A stretch of 64,000 nucleotides of DNA from Candidatus Poribacteria bacterium. GTDB taxonomy: Bacteria; Poribacteria; WGA-4E; WGA-3G. Location of the stretch: contig CBDBFU010000029.1 of NCBI GenBank assembly GCA_965205025.1, positions 11,299 to 75,298 of the forward strand, written 5' to 3'. Shown one piece after another: positions 48,164 to 60,340 of this stretch. The notes under the pieces are model-generated. The model ran no database searches. It was not told the origin of the DNA and was given only the letters and a program-made list of their open reading frames with translations. Each line of letters opens with the position of its first letter. The first letter of the stretch is position 1. The translations under genes were made by a program, and so were the position numbers.

Positions 48164-49998
48164 TTATGGTTTCTGTGTGATTTCGATCTGCTGGTTAATA
48201 TTTATATCATTCAGAGATTGTGTTTTTCCGTTGGTCCAGGTGATCTGAATTGAGTCTACCTTGGCTGATTTTCCTAAGCCAAAATGAGCAATGTAACTAT
48301 TAGATGACATATAACTCTCTCCTGCATAGATCTCTCGTATCTGATTTGCATTCGTAGTTTTCAGCAGTATTTTTGCCCCAATAGCGTTCTATTCTTATTC
48401 GTCCCAACCAATTTAACCTGTAGCCAATTATTACTATTCTTGGATTCGATAGTGTTATTTCGCAACAGTCTTGCTTTTGCATAGTTATTAACTATAAAAA
48501 TATCTATATCTCCATCATTGTCATAGTCTCCAAATGCTGTACCGCGACTAACCCGTGTAGGTAAAATGCTAATACCAGAACTCTTACTGATATCCGTGAA
48601 CGTACTGTCACCTTCATTGCGAAAGAATTGATTGTGTTGTGGTATAAGCACTTCAGGTTGGTCAAGGCGTTGAAATGTACTCCCATTTGCGACAAAAATA
48701 TCTAAATCCCCATCGTTATCATAATCGAAAAGAGATGTACCCCAACCGATTTCCTTTAATGTAGCCTCCGCAAGCATAGCAGAATAAGATTCATCAACAA
48801 ATCTAATACCTTGACTTGAGGAATTTAGAGATGTGTTTTCCTCCTTCAGCAAGTTTCTATATATGACATACTCTTGATCAATCCAGTGGCTAATAAATAG
48901 GTCAATATCTCCATCGGCATCGTAATCACCTGCAGCCAATCCCATTGATCCACGAAAATCTGCAGCCCAAGAATCAGCACTTACATCTGTAAACGTAGCA
49001 TTTCCTTCGTTCCTATAGACGTGGTTATCAGAAGTATCATTTGCAACATAGAGATCCGCATCGTTATCCTCGTCAAAATCGCTGAAAATTGCCTGCATAC
49101 TCCTACCACCAGTTGCTGCTACACCTGCCATTGATGTAATATCTGTAAATGTTCCATCCCCATTATTTCTATAAAGCACGTTATCTTGCGGTTCAAAAAC
49201 AGTAGGATTCAATGCGTTCGGTACGAATTTCCCTGATTGTAAGGATTCTTCCTTTTTATCTTCAAATTTCACCAGATCAAAATCTACATAGTTACAGACA
49301 TATAAATCCAAATCATTGTCATTATCTATGTCAGCGAAGCAGGCACCAGTACTCCACAACGGACAATCAACTCCAGCAACATCGGTTACATTCGTGAAAG
49401 TGCTGTCTCCATTGTTCTTATACAAGACATTATTGCCAAGATTAGTCACATACAAGTCTACAAAACCATCCCCATTATAATCAGCGAATACACAACCCAT
49501 TCCATATCCTGTATCCCCAACTCCTGCCGAATTGGTAATATCCGCAAACCCACCATTTCCATCATTTTTGTATAATACGTTTCTTGATTTTGGAGATAGT
49601 GTTGAAGGATCTGTTATATACATCCCGGGAATGTTCACAATATACAGATCAAGGTCACCGTCATTATCAATATCAGCGAAACCAGCACCTGAACCCATAT
49701 CTTCAGGAAGCATACTTGTCCGATCTCCGTTGGAGTGGCGAAAGTGTATACCTACTTCCTTAGTCACATCAACAAATTCGACTGCCAGAGCTATCTTAGG
49801 AGTTAATAAGATAATGAATATAGACAGGATAAGTAGAAAATTACCTACCAGACTTCTACTTGCAGTTATTGGAGAATTTGATATGAGAATCAGATGTATG
49901 GTAGAAAAAGCATAAATTATATATACTTGCCACAATCTGAGAAATGTTAATGAAGATTTTGGATAGACTTCCCCAGATGTTTGACGAATAGGTGTCAT
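48164..49998 (-). CDS. CRTAC1 family protein (FG-GAP/VCBS repeats + ASPIC/UnbV); frameshift near 48385
   Basis: Repeated D.DNDGD.D and LY.N.GDGTF; adding one A restores NRNAIGAK...G.SY.S.....HFGLG...W. Confidence 0.88.
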
Positions 49999-51356
49999 GA
50001 TGTTTCAAGGAAGTTAGTAAAAATTGTTCTATTTAAAAAACGTTCATCATTTAATATATTCAAATGGAGTGGGATAGTCGTTTTGATGCCATCAATTTTG
50101 AATTCAGAAAGGGCGCGTTTTAATCGAGCAATGGCTTCTTCTCGATCTCTACCATAAGCAATGAGTTTTGCGACAAGGGAATCATAATGGGGTGGTACTG
50201 TATATCCAGTATAAATACAATCATCAACTCTTATGCCATTCCCCCCCGGTGGATTATAATGTGTAATTAATCCGGGTGAAGGCATGAATTGATTTGCAGG
50301 GTCTTCTGCATTTATTCTACATTCAATTGCATGTCCTTTTATATCTATATCCGACTGCCCATATCCAAGTTCCTCTCCTGCAGCTATCCGTATTTGCTCT
50401 TTAATTAGGTCAATACCTGTAATGCTCTCAGTAATGGTATGTTCAACTTGTATACGCGTATTCATTTCCAGGAAAAAGAATTTTTCATCCTTATCCACAA
50501 CAAATTCAATTGTTCCTGCATTTCTATAACCGATTGATTTTGCAGCTTTTACCGCAGCTTTGCATATTTCATTTCGAACTTTAGAAGAGATTGAAGCGGA
50601 TGGTGCCTCCTCTAAAAGTTTCTGCTGTTTTCGCTGAATTGAACACTCGCGTTCCCCTAAATGGACTACATTACCGTGTGAATCCCCTAAAATCTGTACC
50701 TCAATATGTCGTGCATCCTCAATCCATTTTTCAATATAGACATCACCATTACCAAATGCTGCTTCACTTTCCGCTTTTGCTATATGGAATAAGTTGAATA
50801 AACTTGGACGATTATGTGCGATACGAATACCCCGTCCACCCCCACCAGCAGATGCCTTTATACCGATCGGATATCCAATTTTCTCAGCAAGTTCAGCTGC
50901 TTCCTCGGCTGTTTCGACAGTTGCTTTTTTATCTTTTTTCCGTTTTCTCCCTTGACTACCCGGGACATGTTTCAAGCCAGCTTTAACAACAGTCTCTAAT
51001 GCGCGGACTTTGTCACCCATTGTCTCTAAGTCTTCTATAGATGGACCGATAAATGTAATTTGGTGTGCTTCACAAATTTCAGCAAACTGTGCATCTTCAG
51101 CAAGAAAACCTGCTCCAGGATGAATGGCATCAACATTAGCAAAGTCAGCGACTGTTGTGATATTTGCATATTTTAGATAACTCTCTTTGGAAGGAGGTGG
51201 ACCTATACAGATGGCATCATCCGCATACTCAACATGTAAAGCATCTTTGTCTGCAGTAGAATAAACAGCGACGGTTTTAATCCCCATATCTTTACAGGCA
51301 CGAATTATGCGGATAGCAATCTCACCACGGTTTGCAATTAGTATTTTTTTGAACAT
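49995..51356 (-). CDS. accC: Acetyl-CoA carboxylase biotin carboxylase
   Basis: KILIANRGEIA, GGGGRG, ERECSIQR, EMNTRIQVEH and ECRINAED motifs. Confidence 0.96.
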   Translation of the reverse strand: MFKKILIANRGEIAIRIIRACKDMGIKTVAVYSTADKDALHVEYADDAICIGPPPSKESYLKYANITTVADFANVDAIHPGAGFLAEDAQFAEICEAHQITFIGPSIEDLETMGDKVRALETVVKAGLKHVPGSQGRKRKKDKKATVETAEEAAELAEKIGYPIGIKASAGGGGRGIRIAHNRPSLFNLFHIAKAESEAAFGNGDVYIEKWIEDARHIEVQILGDSHGNVVHLGERECSIQRKQQKLLEEAPSASISSKVRNEICKAAVKAAKSIGYRNAGTIEFVVDKDEKFFFLEMNTRIQVEHTITESITGIDLIKEQIRIAAGEELGYGQSDIDIKGHAIECRINAEDPANQFMPSPGLITHYNPPGGNGIRVDDCIYTGYTVPPHYDSLVAKLIAYGRDREEAIARLKRALSEFKIDGIKTTIPLHLNILNDERFLNRTIFTNFLETS

Positions 51357-51359
51357 ATT

Positions 51360-51851
51360 TTATAGTTGCTTTACTCGAAAGAGAGGCTGATTATATTCGA
51401 CAGCATGTCCATCCTCTACCAAAATCTCAAGGATTTCGCAATTGAAGGGAGCTTCCACATCATTATATGTTTTCATGACTTCAAGTGTCGCCAATGACTC
51501 CCCCGCAGTAACTGTATCACCAATTTCAACAAATACGGGTTCATCGGGAGAAGGGGATCGATAGAAACGTGCAGGCATTGGAGAAGTTATAATGTCGTCA
51601 CCAGATTCATCCTTTCCTGCTGGTATTGTTGCTGTACCTGTCGGTAGGGATGGTTGCGATGTTATTGAGACCGATTGATCAGATATCCTTGATATTTCTA
51701 TTTCCACTTCTCCATCCCGTATCCGAGCAGAAGCCAAATCAGCATCTTGTACTATGGATATAAGTTTTTCAAGACGTTGGAGTATTGGATCTAATTCAGC
51801 ATCAGTCTTAGCAGAGGACTTACCGGGTTCATTCTGTTTCTTTTGCTTCAT
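51360..51851 (-). CDS. accB: Acetyl-CoA carboxylase biotin carboxyl carrier protein
   Basis: ITSPM...FYRSPSP, EVMK biotinylation motif and VEY.QPLF. Confidence 0.93.
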   Translation of the reverse strand: MKQKKQNEPGKSSAKTDAELDPILQRLEKLISIVQDADLASARIRDGEVEIEISRISDQSVSITSQPSLPTGTATIPAGKDESGDDIITSPMPARFYRSPSPDEPVFVEIGDTVTAGESLATLEVMKTYNDVEAPFNCEILEILVEDGHAVEYNQPLFRVKQL

Positions 51852-51854
51852 ACT

Positions 51855-52412
51855 TTATACCCTTTCAACATATTTCCCATTCCGAGTATCAACTTTTATA
51901 ACAGTGTCATTTTTGACAAACAGTGGGACATTTACCACTCCTCCTGTCTCTAATTTTGCAGGTTTAGATCCACCACTCACAGTATCCCCTCGCAAACCGG
52001 GATCAGTTTCAACAATCTTTAATTCAACGAATGTTGGCAATTCCACTGCAAGCGGAGTGTCCCCATCCATTTTTACTGTTACAGTTTCACCTTCTTTTAG
52101 AAACTTTAACCCATCACCGAGTAAATCGCTATCAAGTGAATGTTGATCAAAGGATTCGTTATCCATAAACCAAAGTAAATCACCTTCACTATATAGAAAC
52201 TGCATTTCTTGATCCGTAAGTCTTACAGTCTCAATAGTCTCATTGGTTCGGAAAGTTCGGTCTAATACTGCACCATCGGTGACACGTTTAATTTTTGTTC
52301 GTGCAAATGCCCCTCCTTTACCAGGTTTTACATGTTGACAATCTACAATCGTGTAGATGATATTATCCAATCTGATAACTAATCCATTTCGTAAATCATT
52401 TAATGCTGCCAT
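51855..52412 (-). CDS. efp: Elongation factor P
   Basis: HVKPGKGGAF, TDPG.RGDT..GG.KPA.LETG and Y.ER motifs. Confidence 0.97.
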   Translation of the reverse strand: MAALNDLRNGLVIRLDNIIYTIVDCQHVKPGKGGAFARTKIKRVTDGAVLDRTFRTNETIETVRLTDQEMQFLYSEGDLLWFMDNESFDQHSLDSDLLGDGLKFLKEGETVTVKMDGDTPLAVELPTFVELKIVETDPGLRGDTVSGGSKPAKLETGGVVNVPLFVKNDTVIKVDTRNGKYVERV

Positions 52413-52565
52413 CTTCTTCCTTTCTAAAAGACACCTATTTTTTTGTATAGTATTTCGTTTTTCTTATATCGGTTTAATGTTCTATAGGTTATTCTCAATC
52501 AACCGTATTTATCTCGTTAAGATTTAAAGTTTTAGGGTTTATTTATGCTTTTCCTAATTAGCATC

Positions 52566-53207
52566 CTATAATAAATCAATTGTCTGACGTAATGCATCAC
52601 TTCTATGACTGATTCTATTTTTAATTGTCTCCCCTAATTCGGCAAATGTCTTCTCATAACCATCAGGAACAAAAATCGGATCATATCCAAAACCATCCTC
52701 CCCTGCTGGTGAATGGGTAATATATCCTTCACATTTCCCGACGACAACTTGTATATTGTCTGCTATCGCGTTCTGATTTAAGCTGCCATTTCGTATTGTA
52801 GGTTCAACGATAGCAATAGCAGCTACAAAACGTGCCTTACGATTTGCAGCACCATCTAATGCTTCAAGTAGTTTTTGAATCCTGACGGTATCAGTTACAT
52901 TCTCTCCTGCCCACCGTTTTGAATGCACACCTGGAGCACCACCGAGTGCATCTACCTCCAAACCGGCATCATCAGCAAGAGCCCGGAGTCCAGTATATTG
53001 TGCTATAACTGAAGCCTTCTTAAATGCATTTTCCTGATATGTCTCCTTATCTTCCTCAACTTCAGGAGCATCAGGAAAATCTTGTAGTGAGAGAACCTGT
53101 ATATTCTTAAGATTCCGATTTTTCTTAGAAGATTCTCGACTTGCGGTCAACATCGCTGTGAGTTCTTTCACTTTACCGAGGTTACGCGTTGCCAGAACTA
53201 ACTTCAT
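52566..53207 (-). CDS. rdgB: dITP/XTP pyrophosphatase (HAM1 family)
   Basis: [36 protein letters not shown] and KN.ISHR motifs. Confidence 0.94.
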   Translation of the reverse strand: MKLVLATRNLGKVKELTAMLTASRESSKKNRNLKNIQVLSLQDFPDAPEVEEDKETYQENAFKKASVIAQYTGLRALADDAGLEVDALGGAPGVHSKRWAGENVTDTVRIQKLLEALDGAANRKARFVAAIAIVEPTIRNGSLNQNAIADNIQVVVGKCEGYITHSPAGEDGFGYDPIFVPDGYEKTFAELGETIKNRISHRSDALRQTIDLL

Positions 53208-53940
53208 TTAAATTCTCAAGCATAATTTTATTTTGTAATCGGACAAGTTCTTGAATCCCACTAACCGCTAAGTCAAGCATTTGATCATATTCTTCACGTG
53301 AAAAGGGATTATGTTCGGCTGTTCCTTGTACTTCAATAAACTTGCCACCACCCGTCATAACGACGTTCATGTCAACATCTGCTGTAGAATCCTCTGTATA
53401 ACATAAGTCTAACATTGGAATTCCATCAATAATTCCAACACTTGTTGCAGCAATATTTTCTATAATCGGCAATTCATTTATCTTACGCTGTTCCTGAAGT
53501 GTTTTACATGCATCCCAAAGTGCGAGAAATGCCCCCGTGATTGCTGCGGTACGTGTTCCACCATCTGCCTGTATAACATCACAGTCTAACCAGATTGTCC
53601 GTTCTCCTAATGAGGAAAGATCAATCGCAGCCCGTAGAGATCTACCAATAAGTCGTTGGATTTCTTGTGTTCTTCCACCGAGTCTACCTTGTGATGCTTC
53701 TCGTTGCATTCGCTCAGATGTTGATCGGGGTAGCATAGAGTATTCAGCTGTAACCCAACCTTGATCTTTTATATTTTGTTCACGCATGAACCGGGGTTGT
53801 CGTTCTTCAACAGATGCAGTGCATATTACCTTTGTATCTCCAGTTGTGATTAGAACTGCCCCCTCTGCATGTTTTATATATTCCCGAATTATTGTCACAG
53901 GTCGCAACTCATCAGTTTTCCGGCCATCTTCCCTACTCAT
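53182..53940 (-). CDS. rph: Ribonuclease PH
   Basis: [26 protein letters not shown] and [14 protein letters not shown] motifs. Confidence 0.97.
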   Translation of the reverse strand: MSREDGRKTDELRPVTIIREYIKHAEGAVLITTGDTKVICTASVEERQPRFMREQNIKDQGWVTAEYSMLPRSTSERMQREASQGRLGGRTQEIQRLIGRSLRAAIDLSSLGERTIWLDCDVIQADGGTRTAAITGAFLALWDACKTLQEQRKINELPIIENIAATSVGIIDGIPMLDLCYTEDSTADVDMNVVMTGGGKFIEVQGTAEHNPFSREEYDQMLDLAVSGIQELVRLQNKIMLENLNEVSSGNA

Positions 53941-53986
53941 AAAGCCTTTATTTAACCTTTCTCTTTGATTTTAAAAACAACAAGAC

Positions 53987-54199
53987 TTAACTGCCATTCA
54001 GTTCTTTTAGGTAATCCAATGCTTTTGTATAACTCTTACGTTCAAGATAATGTATTAGTTGCTTCGGAGCAGTTGATTCTACTTGCTTGGCTAACTGGTG
54101 TATTAGGAGAAGTGGTTCAGTAATGTCATCTCCTGTAGAGATATTACTTAGCATTGTTTCTAACGAATTCTGCAATTCAGTGAACTGTTCTGCCGTCAT
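53987..54199 (-). CDS. Small hypothetical protein
   Basis: GGAGAG RBS; abuts the upstream stop; L.HYLERKSY.KAL.YL motif. Confidence 0.7.
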   Translation of the reverse strand: MTAEQFTELQNSLETMLSNISTGDDITEPLLLIHQLAKQVESTAPKQLIHYLERKSYTKALDYLKELNGS

Positions 54200-54200
54200 T

Positions 54201-55124
54201 TCACTCTCCCCCTTCTGTCATTGGAGGTAAATCCTCAATAGCCTTACAGAAACGTGAAGAAATTCTCTTGGGAGGTTCATCATAACCTTTCCAGGCATAG
54301 GGATCAACACCAGATACAGGAATGATACACCTTCGATCAGCATCCGCAGGGCGTTCACCTTCCTGGATTGACCATGGTAGTAAAGACCACGAATTACAAT
54401 AATGATTTACCAGAACACGACGGAACGTATCTCCCCTATTCTTACGAGACCGGTGAAGTAGATAACCATTAAAGAAAACGAGTGCCCCTGTTTCGACTTC
54501 AACAGGAATTTCGTCTGCTTCATCAAAACCGAAACTCTCCTGTGCAAAATCAAACTCATCAGGATTTTCATGATTTCGTTGAGGATACAGATAACCTTGA
54601 CGATGTGATCCCGGTAAAACCCATAAACAACCGTTATCTGTAGTAGCATCATCCATTGCAATCCATGCACCGATAAGAGAACGATCTCGAGTTGGTATAT
54701 ATATTTCATCCTGATGCCACGCCTGACCTTGAAAGTTCGGTGGTTTCACGAATAGCATTGACTGCATACACTTTACACTCCCATCCCAAAATGGAAGATG
54801 AGCAGCAGTAATTTGGCTCAGAATACCACAGATTTTTGGATGTTTAACATACTTTTCTATGGTCTCACTAACAAAATGAGGTTGATGAATACAAAGAATT
54901 CTACCAATAGCCTGTTGATCAGTAAGGTTATCAGGAACAGGATCAATTCCCTCGCAGTTATACTCACCCCGTGCAAGGGTAACAGTATCTTTTCTTAGTT
55001 CTTCAATCTCACTATCTGAAAGAAGACCTGGCACAACCAGATATCCATTCTCAATGAAGAATTGACATTCTTCGTCAGATACTATATTCGGCACATCAAT
55101 TCGTTCAGATGTTTCATTATTCAT
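54201..55124 (-). CDS. PhyH-family dioxygenase
   Basis: FF.ENGY, WHQD, WIA.DDA...NGCL.VLPGSH and LHRS..N.....RR motifs. Confidence 0.92.
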   Translation of the reverse strand: MNNETSERIDVPNIVSDEECQFFIENGYLVVPGLLSDSEIEELRKDTVTLARGEYNCEGIDPVPDNLTDQQAIGRILCIHQPHFVSETIEKYVKHPKICGILSQITAAHLPFWDGSVKCMQSMLFVKPPNFQGQAWHQDEIYIPTRDRSLIGAWIAMDDATTDNGCLWVLPGSHRQGYLYPQRNHENPDEFDFAQESFGFDEADEIPVEVETGALVFFNGYLLHRSRKNRGDTFRRVLVNHYCNSWSLLPWSIQEGERPADADRRCIIPVSGVDPYAWKGYDEPPKRISSRFCKAIEDLPPMTEGGE

Positions 55125-55230
55125 TGTTTTCTTTCCTTCTCAATATACAGAATTATATGTACATTTGTTCTATGATATTAGGTTAAATGCAGCATATAAT
55201 TCTGTCTAATGATGTTTTGGTCGTTTATAG

Positions 55231-57327
55231 TTATACCCTATTCGCCAGAAACATTTCAGAAATAGCTAATGCAAAGACAGCAAGGAGTATATATGTAGAA
55301 ATCCCTTGATTCTTTTCTACCCCTTCGTGGTATTCTTGTTCAATTTCAGGTGTAATTTCAACTGGTGTACGTTCAACCTCGTTTGAACCAACCAACATAC
55401 TGGTAAGTTCTTCCGAGTTGCGAGTTGTTAGATCAGACTCAATAGAATCCACATTTATAACAAAATACTGTGGTGAATCTCCAGAGCTATGTATAGAATA
55501 TATACCTGGAATATTCGTATTCTCATAGAAGAGATTTCCTTGATCATTTAAAGTCTTACGGACTTCTTTTTTATCAGGATCATAGACAGCTACTTCTTTC
55601 CCTGCTGTATCTTTAGATCCTTTATATTCAATTCCATCTCCCACCATATAATCGGGAATGTCAGTTCCATGTGCTATTGCCAGATATCTTATGGTTTCAT
55701 GTAAGAACGGTAGGTATACACCATGTATAGGCATATCATTCCATTCACGATCAATTGTAGATGTAAAACATAGTACTCTACCATTTCCATACATTTTTTC
55801 AATTAGAGCGGGATTCCCATTATCAAAGGTAGCGATGACAGTTGCTTCAGGTGTGGGAACAGCCTGAAAATAACGGTAAAATCTTCCCTTACCAAAATCA
55901 CCATGGTTTGGATTACTAAATGACACGAAAATCGGATGACGATAATCTACACTTGCGATGACTTGGAATTCATCTTTACCGATAGGATCACCAACTGCTT
56001 GCATTAATGTACACGGCATTAGAGAAGTATCAGTACTACCTAACAACTGCTGATATCCACTTGAGTCGACCTGATCACCTACTGTAATCATTATGGTTCC
56101 ACCTTCATTTACATAACTCATAATTCTCTCAGCTTCGACTGATGTAATTCTATTTAAATTTGCTAAGATGATTACATCAAACTGTTTAATAGAATCAGTT
56201 GATGGAATTGTAGTAGATTCGGTATATTTTATTGGAGCGGCTTCCGCTCCTGTGTTCTGAAGTGCTTTTGTCAGATAAAAAGTCTCATCTTCAATTTCAG
56301 TTCTTCTCTGTTCTCCATTAACACAATGAACACGAATAGATTTCATGCTCTGCACTGTAAAATATTGTCGATTGTCTATTTCAAGTTCATCTGATCCAAT
56401 TTCTACCCAACCCGTATGAACTGATTCTGTTTGGAGATCAATTCTCATATTGAAAGCAGCGTCAAAACTACTTTCTGCTTCAATATCAATCTCTGTTGAT
56501 TCCACTTTTTTATCATCAATAAATAAAGTAACGTCAAGTTTTTCGACTTTCTCTGTACCGAAATTGTGGATACGGGCAACTAATTCAGTATCTTTTTGTT
56601 CAATTAGGACGACAGGTGGTACGTTAATATCAGTTATTGCCAGATTTTTGGATTGCTCTACACCTACATTTACAAATTCGATATCAATATCTGCCGCAAG
56701 TCGATCAATTTCAAGGAAATTATCCCAACCTGATTTCTGTAAATCACCAATTAGATATATCTGTTTCAATCCTACAGCGATACTATTCAGTATTTCTTGA
56801 GAAGTTTGAATGGCATCAAGATAATCTGTGGTGTAATATGTAAGTTCTGCATTTTCTATAGCCGATTTAATATGGTTGCGTTCCGAATCGATTGGTAAAA
56901 TTTTCTTGACTTTGTCTGCGGATAGTATAAGTGCTACGGGGTCAGCAACATCTAATCCTTCAAGACGTTTGATTGCCTCTTGTTTAGCAGTTTCAAATAC
57001 ATCTGCATACTGCATACTGTAAGATGTATCAAGTATGATGACAGAATTACGTATGCCACCTAATTCAGGTGCGGAGGCTGCATCCTGTGCAAAATATGGA
57101 CGAGCAAATGCAAAACCGAGTAAGATCAGCATCAATATACGCATGAGTAGTAACAATAAACGTTTCAACTTGTGCCTTTGTACGTTTGTCTGATGAGACA
57201 TCTGGATAAAACGGACTGTACTAAACACAAGACGGCGCGCGCGTTCTCTATTGAGAAAATGTATGATTAGAGGTATCGATGCGCCGATCGCACCTGCGAT
57301 AGCAAACGGCCAAACTAAAAAAGCCAT
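55231..57327 (-). CDS. BatA-domain / VWA / glutamine-amidotransferase-like membrane protein
   Basis: PLIIH.LNR, LLL..R...LAFARP-like, ILDTSYSM (MIDAS-like), D.L..DN, G.GRV....WND.P and E..LANR motifs. Confidence 0.88.
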   Translation of the reverse strand: MAFLVWPFAIAGAIGASIPLIIHFLNRERARRLVFSTVRFIQMSHQTNVQRHKLKRLLLLLMRILMLILLGFAFARPYFAQDAASAPELGGIRNSVIILDTSYSMQYADVFETAKQEAIKRLEGLDVADPVALILSADKVKKILPIDSERNHIKSAIENAELTYYTTDYLDAIQTSQEILNSIAVGLKQIYLIGDLQKSGWDNFLEIDRLAADIDIEFVNVGVEQSKNLAITDINVPPVVLIEQKDTELVARIHNFGTEKVEKLDVTLFIDDKKVESTEIDIEAESSFDAAFNMRIDLQTESVHTGWVEIGSDELEIDNRQYFTVQSMKSIRVHCVNGEQRRTEIEDETFYLTKALQNTGAEAAPIKYTESTTIPSTDSIKQFDVIILANLNRITSVEAERIMSYVNEGGTIMITVGDQVDSSGYQQLLGSTDTSLMPCTLMQAVGDPIGKDEFQVIASVDYRHPIFVSFSNPNHGDFGKGRFYRYFQAVPTPEATVIATFDNGNPALIEKMYGNGRVLCFTSTIDREWNDMPIHGVYLPFLHETIRYLAIAHGTDIPDYMVGDGIEYKGSKDTAGKEVAVYDPDKKEVRKTLNDQGNLFYENTNIPGIYSIHSSGDSPQYFVINVDSIESDLTTRNSEELTSMLVGSNEVERTPVEITPEIEQEYHEGVEKNQGISTYILLAVFALAISEMFLANRV

Positions 57328-57372
57328 CGTGTTTCTCCTGAATTCTATGTCACTTAGTTTGTGTCAATCCTA

Positions 57373-58335
57373 TTATACGAACCCTTGACGTTTCGCAAGA
57401 TAGGCTGAAAGAGATCGGTCTATTGGGGTTGATGTATTAATTATATTATAGTCGATATCTGATTGATTCAATGTTGTACGGTAATGGTCAATAAATTCAT
57501 TAAAGTTGCTGAGATAACTATCCCTTATAACCTGCGGAGTTGTTATAATTTCCTGATCGTTTTCTGCATCAACAAAACGGATGAGTTTTTCAAATTCAAA
57601 GTCTACCTCTTCTTGAGCAAGTAAGTGAAAAACAATTACCTCGTGTCCTTCATAACGTAAATGTTCAAGTCCTTCAATAACCTCATCAGGATTCTCATCG
57701 TAAAGATCGGAAATAAGAATAACTAAACCTCTTTTCGTCAATCTCTCAGCAATTTGGTGTAATGGTTCTCCGATACGTGTCTCTTTTACGGTTTGTATGT
57801 TTTCCAGTGTTACTAAGATAGAATGCATGTGTGATGCGCTACTACGTGCAGGTAAGTATTGGTGTACTTTTTCATCAAAATACGCGAAACCTACTGCATC
57901 ACGTTGTTTCGCCATAAAATATGACAGAGAAGCAATAAGAAAACTGGCATACCTTAACTTGGATAACGGTTCTCCATTATTGGATGAATCCCCTTGTTGA
58001 GATATATCCAAATCTTCTAAATCCTCCGGTGAAGGGTGTGCCATAGACTGACTGGTATCAAGCAGCAGGTAACAATTCAGATTCGTCTCTTCTTCAAACT
58101 GCTTTATGTAATATCTATCTGTTCGTCCATAAACTTTCCAATCAATATGTTTTGTGTCATCTCCAGGCATATATTGTCTATATTGAGAAAACTCAACACT
58201 AAACCCATGGTATGGACTTTTGTGTAACCCAGAAATAAAGCCTTCAACTACAAACTTGGCTATAAGTTCGAGATTTCCAATTTGAGCAAGGATAGTAGGA
58301 TCTAGGAATCTTCGACCTTCCGTTCTTTGTTGCAT
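57373..58335 (-). CDS. DUF58 family (MoxR-associated) protein
   Basis: GLH.SP..G.SVEF..YR.Y.PGDD...IDWK, LD.S.SM and ISD motifs. Confidence 0.93.
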   Translation of the reverse strand: MQQRTEGRRFLDPTILAQIGNLELIAKFVVEGFISGLHKSPYHGFSVEFSQYRQYMPGDDTKHIDWKVYGRTDRYYIKQFEEETNLNCYLLLDTSQSMAHPSPEDLEDLDISQQGDSSNNGEPLSKLRYASFLIASLSYFMAKQRDAVGFAYFDEKVHQYLPARSSASHMHSILVTLENIQTVKETRIGEPLHQIAERLTKRGLVILISDLYDENPDEVIEGLEHLRYEGHEVIVFHLLAQEEVDFEFEKLIRFVDAENDQEIITTPQVIRDSYLSNFNEFIDHYRTTLNQSDIDYNIINTSTPIDRSLSAYLAKRQGFV

Positions 58336-58345
58336 CTTTCACCAC

Positions 58346-60247
58346 CTATTTCTTCCGCAATACAAGCAATGTCAAATCGTCGAATTGGTCGGCATCACCT
58401 TGAAAATCAGTGACTGCCTTTTGTATAAAGTTACATATTGAAGGTGCATCATTATCAGCACATGATATTGCATCTTGTTCCAGACGTTCTTCATCATAGA
58501 ATTCATCATCAATATTAACAGTTTCTGTAACACCATCAGTATAGTAGACAACAACATCTCCACTTTCAAGTTTAACCTGTTCTGCTTGATATTCTGCAAT
58601 CGCTGGTACCATTTCATTTGGGAACATACCTAAAGGAAGTCCCCCAATTTCTTGACCAAGCCATTGGATATTCCCCTCTTTCCTAACAATTAAGGGTGGA
58701 TTGTGTCCACCATTCAAAGATGTAAGTATATCTGTATCTGGATTGAGATGGCTATAGAAAAAAGTGGCATATTTCTCTTCAGTTCCACTCACATACAACA
58801 GTGAATTCAGAGTCATTGCCATATCAATTAATTCATCATTCATATCAATTAATTCACTATTTGTACGTGCTTTTGAGCTTGAAATTTCAGAAAGTAGACC
58901 TGCTCGAAGGGTTGCCATCAACAATGCTGCCTGCATTCCCTTTCCAGACACATCCGCAATTGACAGTCCCCATCCACCGTTAGGTAATTCGATACAGTCA
59001 AAATAATCACCACCAACAGGACCTCTTGGTACATAATAACCTGCTACTTCGTATCCAGGAATTTCAGGGAGGGTATCAGGAATAAGGTTTTCTTGTATTT
59101 TACGTGCTTCCTCCATTTCTGACTGTAATTCCCGTGCTTCAAGTGCTTCTTGATGAAGATGTGCATTTTCAATAGCTACTCCAGCTTGTTTTGCAAAGGA
59201 GTCCAATAGCATTTCATCCTCTTCGGTAAATTCTAAGGTTCTACCACCTCGCTCCTCTTTATCTCCTACTACAAGTACTCCTAAAATATCACCATCACGT
59301 CCTTGTATCGGACCCACCATTAAATTTCTTCCACCAAAGATATCATCCATTTTTGCTGAACATCTGTTTGTCCGTCCTTCTTCTACTACACTGGCTAACA
59401 TATTTAATGCTGATTTATTTTCTATTTCTGTTGATGCCCTGTTGATATCTTTCAAGGAAATAGACTGTAGATGGTCCCCATTCTCAGACATTATTGATTT
59501 TGGAAATGCATCGAGTAGTTCCAGCATCTGCTGTTCTGGGTGAACTAACATTAGACATCCCATGTTTGCGTCAAGTAAAGCAACTGCTTGATGAAGAACT
59601 TGTTCAGCAGCATCTTCAGGTTGAAGGAGTTGACAAATCTGTGGTGCACTCTCAGCTAACATAAAAAGTCGGAATTTCTCACTTTGAATCCCTTCAACTA
59701 TACGCGAATAGGCAATAGCAATTGAGATTTGATGTGCCAATATAGTTAGGAGTTCCTGTTCCCATTCTTCTAATTTCTCTCGCCCTAAGAATTCCCCCAA
59801 CCCCAAAATACCGAGAAATTCGTCATGGATTTTTAGGGGTACCCAAAGACGATGCATCGCAATACCGTTGAATATGTCGGCATTCCTATTGATGAAATTT
59901 TGGAGTTCTTCTGGAGGTGTCCCAATCTCAACATGTGAGCATTCAAGAAAACTGGAAACTTCGTCGGGTTCAATTTCAATCGGTTTAGATTCAAGATTGG
60001 GGGCTGAAGCCGCAACCGTCAGGTAATTATCAGTTGGATGATAGCATAGGATGGCACCGCGAGTTACCTGAAGGGTTCCAAGAGTAATCCGAAGGTAGGT
60101 TTTGCTTGATACATTGAAATTACTATGTCCAGATATCAGCGTCTGACCTAACTGTTCCAATTCGGATAAACTGAATATCAACCTTTGTATAGTTTCTTCT
60201 GCAGAACTGGTGGGCATATAATTTTTTCCTTTATCTTCTGCATTCAT
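58346..60247 (-). CDS. GAF-GAF-PP2C (SpoIIE/RsbU-like) phosphatase
   Basis: Two GAF domains (A.Q...AI.NA); VGGDYFD, ADVSGKG, NGGH.PP, YTDGVTE and DD.T motifs. Confidence 0.93.
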   Translation of the reverse strand: MNAEDKGKNYMPTSSAEETIQRLIFSLSELEQLGQTLISGHSNFNVSSKTYLRITLGTLQVTRGAILCYHPTDNYLTVAASAPNLESKPIEIEPDEVSSFLECSHVEIGTPPEELQNFINRNADIFNGIAMHRLWVPLKIHDEFLGILGLGEFLGREKLEEWEQELLTILAHQISIAIAYSRIVEGIQSEKFRLFMLAESAPQICQLLQPEDAAEQVLHQAVALLDANMGCLMLVHPEQQMLELLDAFPKSIMSENGDHLQSISLKDINRASTEIENKSALNMLASVVEEGRTNRCSAKMDDIFGGRNLMVGPIQGRDGDILGVLVVGDKEERGGRTLEFTEEDEMLLDSFAKQAGVAIENAHLHQEALEARELQSEMEEARKIQENLIPDTLPEIPGYEVAGYYVPRGPVGGDYFDCIELPNGGWGLSIADVSGKGMQAALLMATLRAGLLSEISSSKARTNSELIDMNDELIDMAMTLNSLLYVSGTEEKYATFFYSHLNPDTDILTSLNGGHNPPLIVRKEGNIQWLGQEIGGLPLGMFPNEMVPAIAEYQAEQVKLESGDVVVYYTDGVTETVNIDDEFYDEERLEQDAISCADNDAPSICNFIQKAVTDFQGDADQFDDLTLLVLRKK

Positions 60248-60340
60248 ACTAATGTGGTGTAAATACTAAAATATCCGTACTGGGTTTATAACAGTTTGAG
60301 TTAATCTATCTAAGATTTAGGGTGTTGTTATCTCTTATAC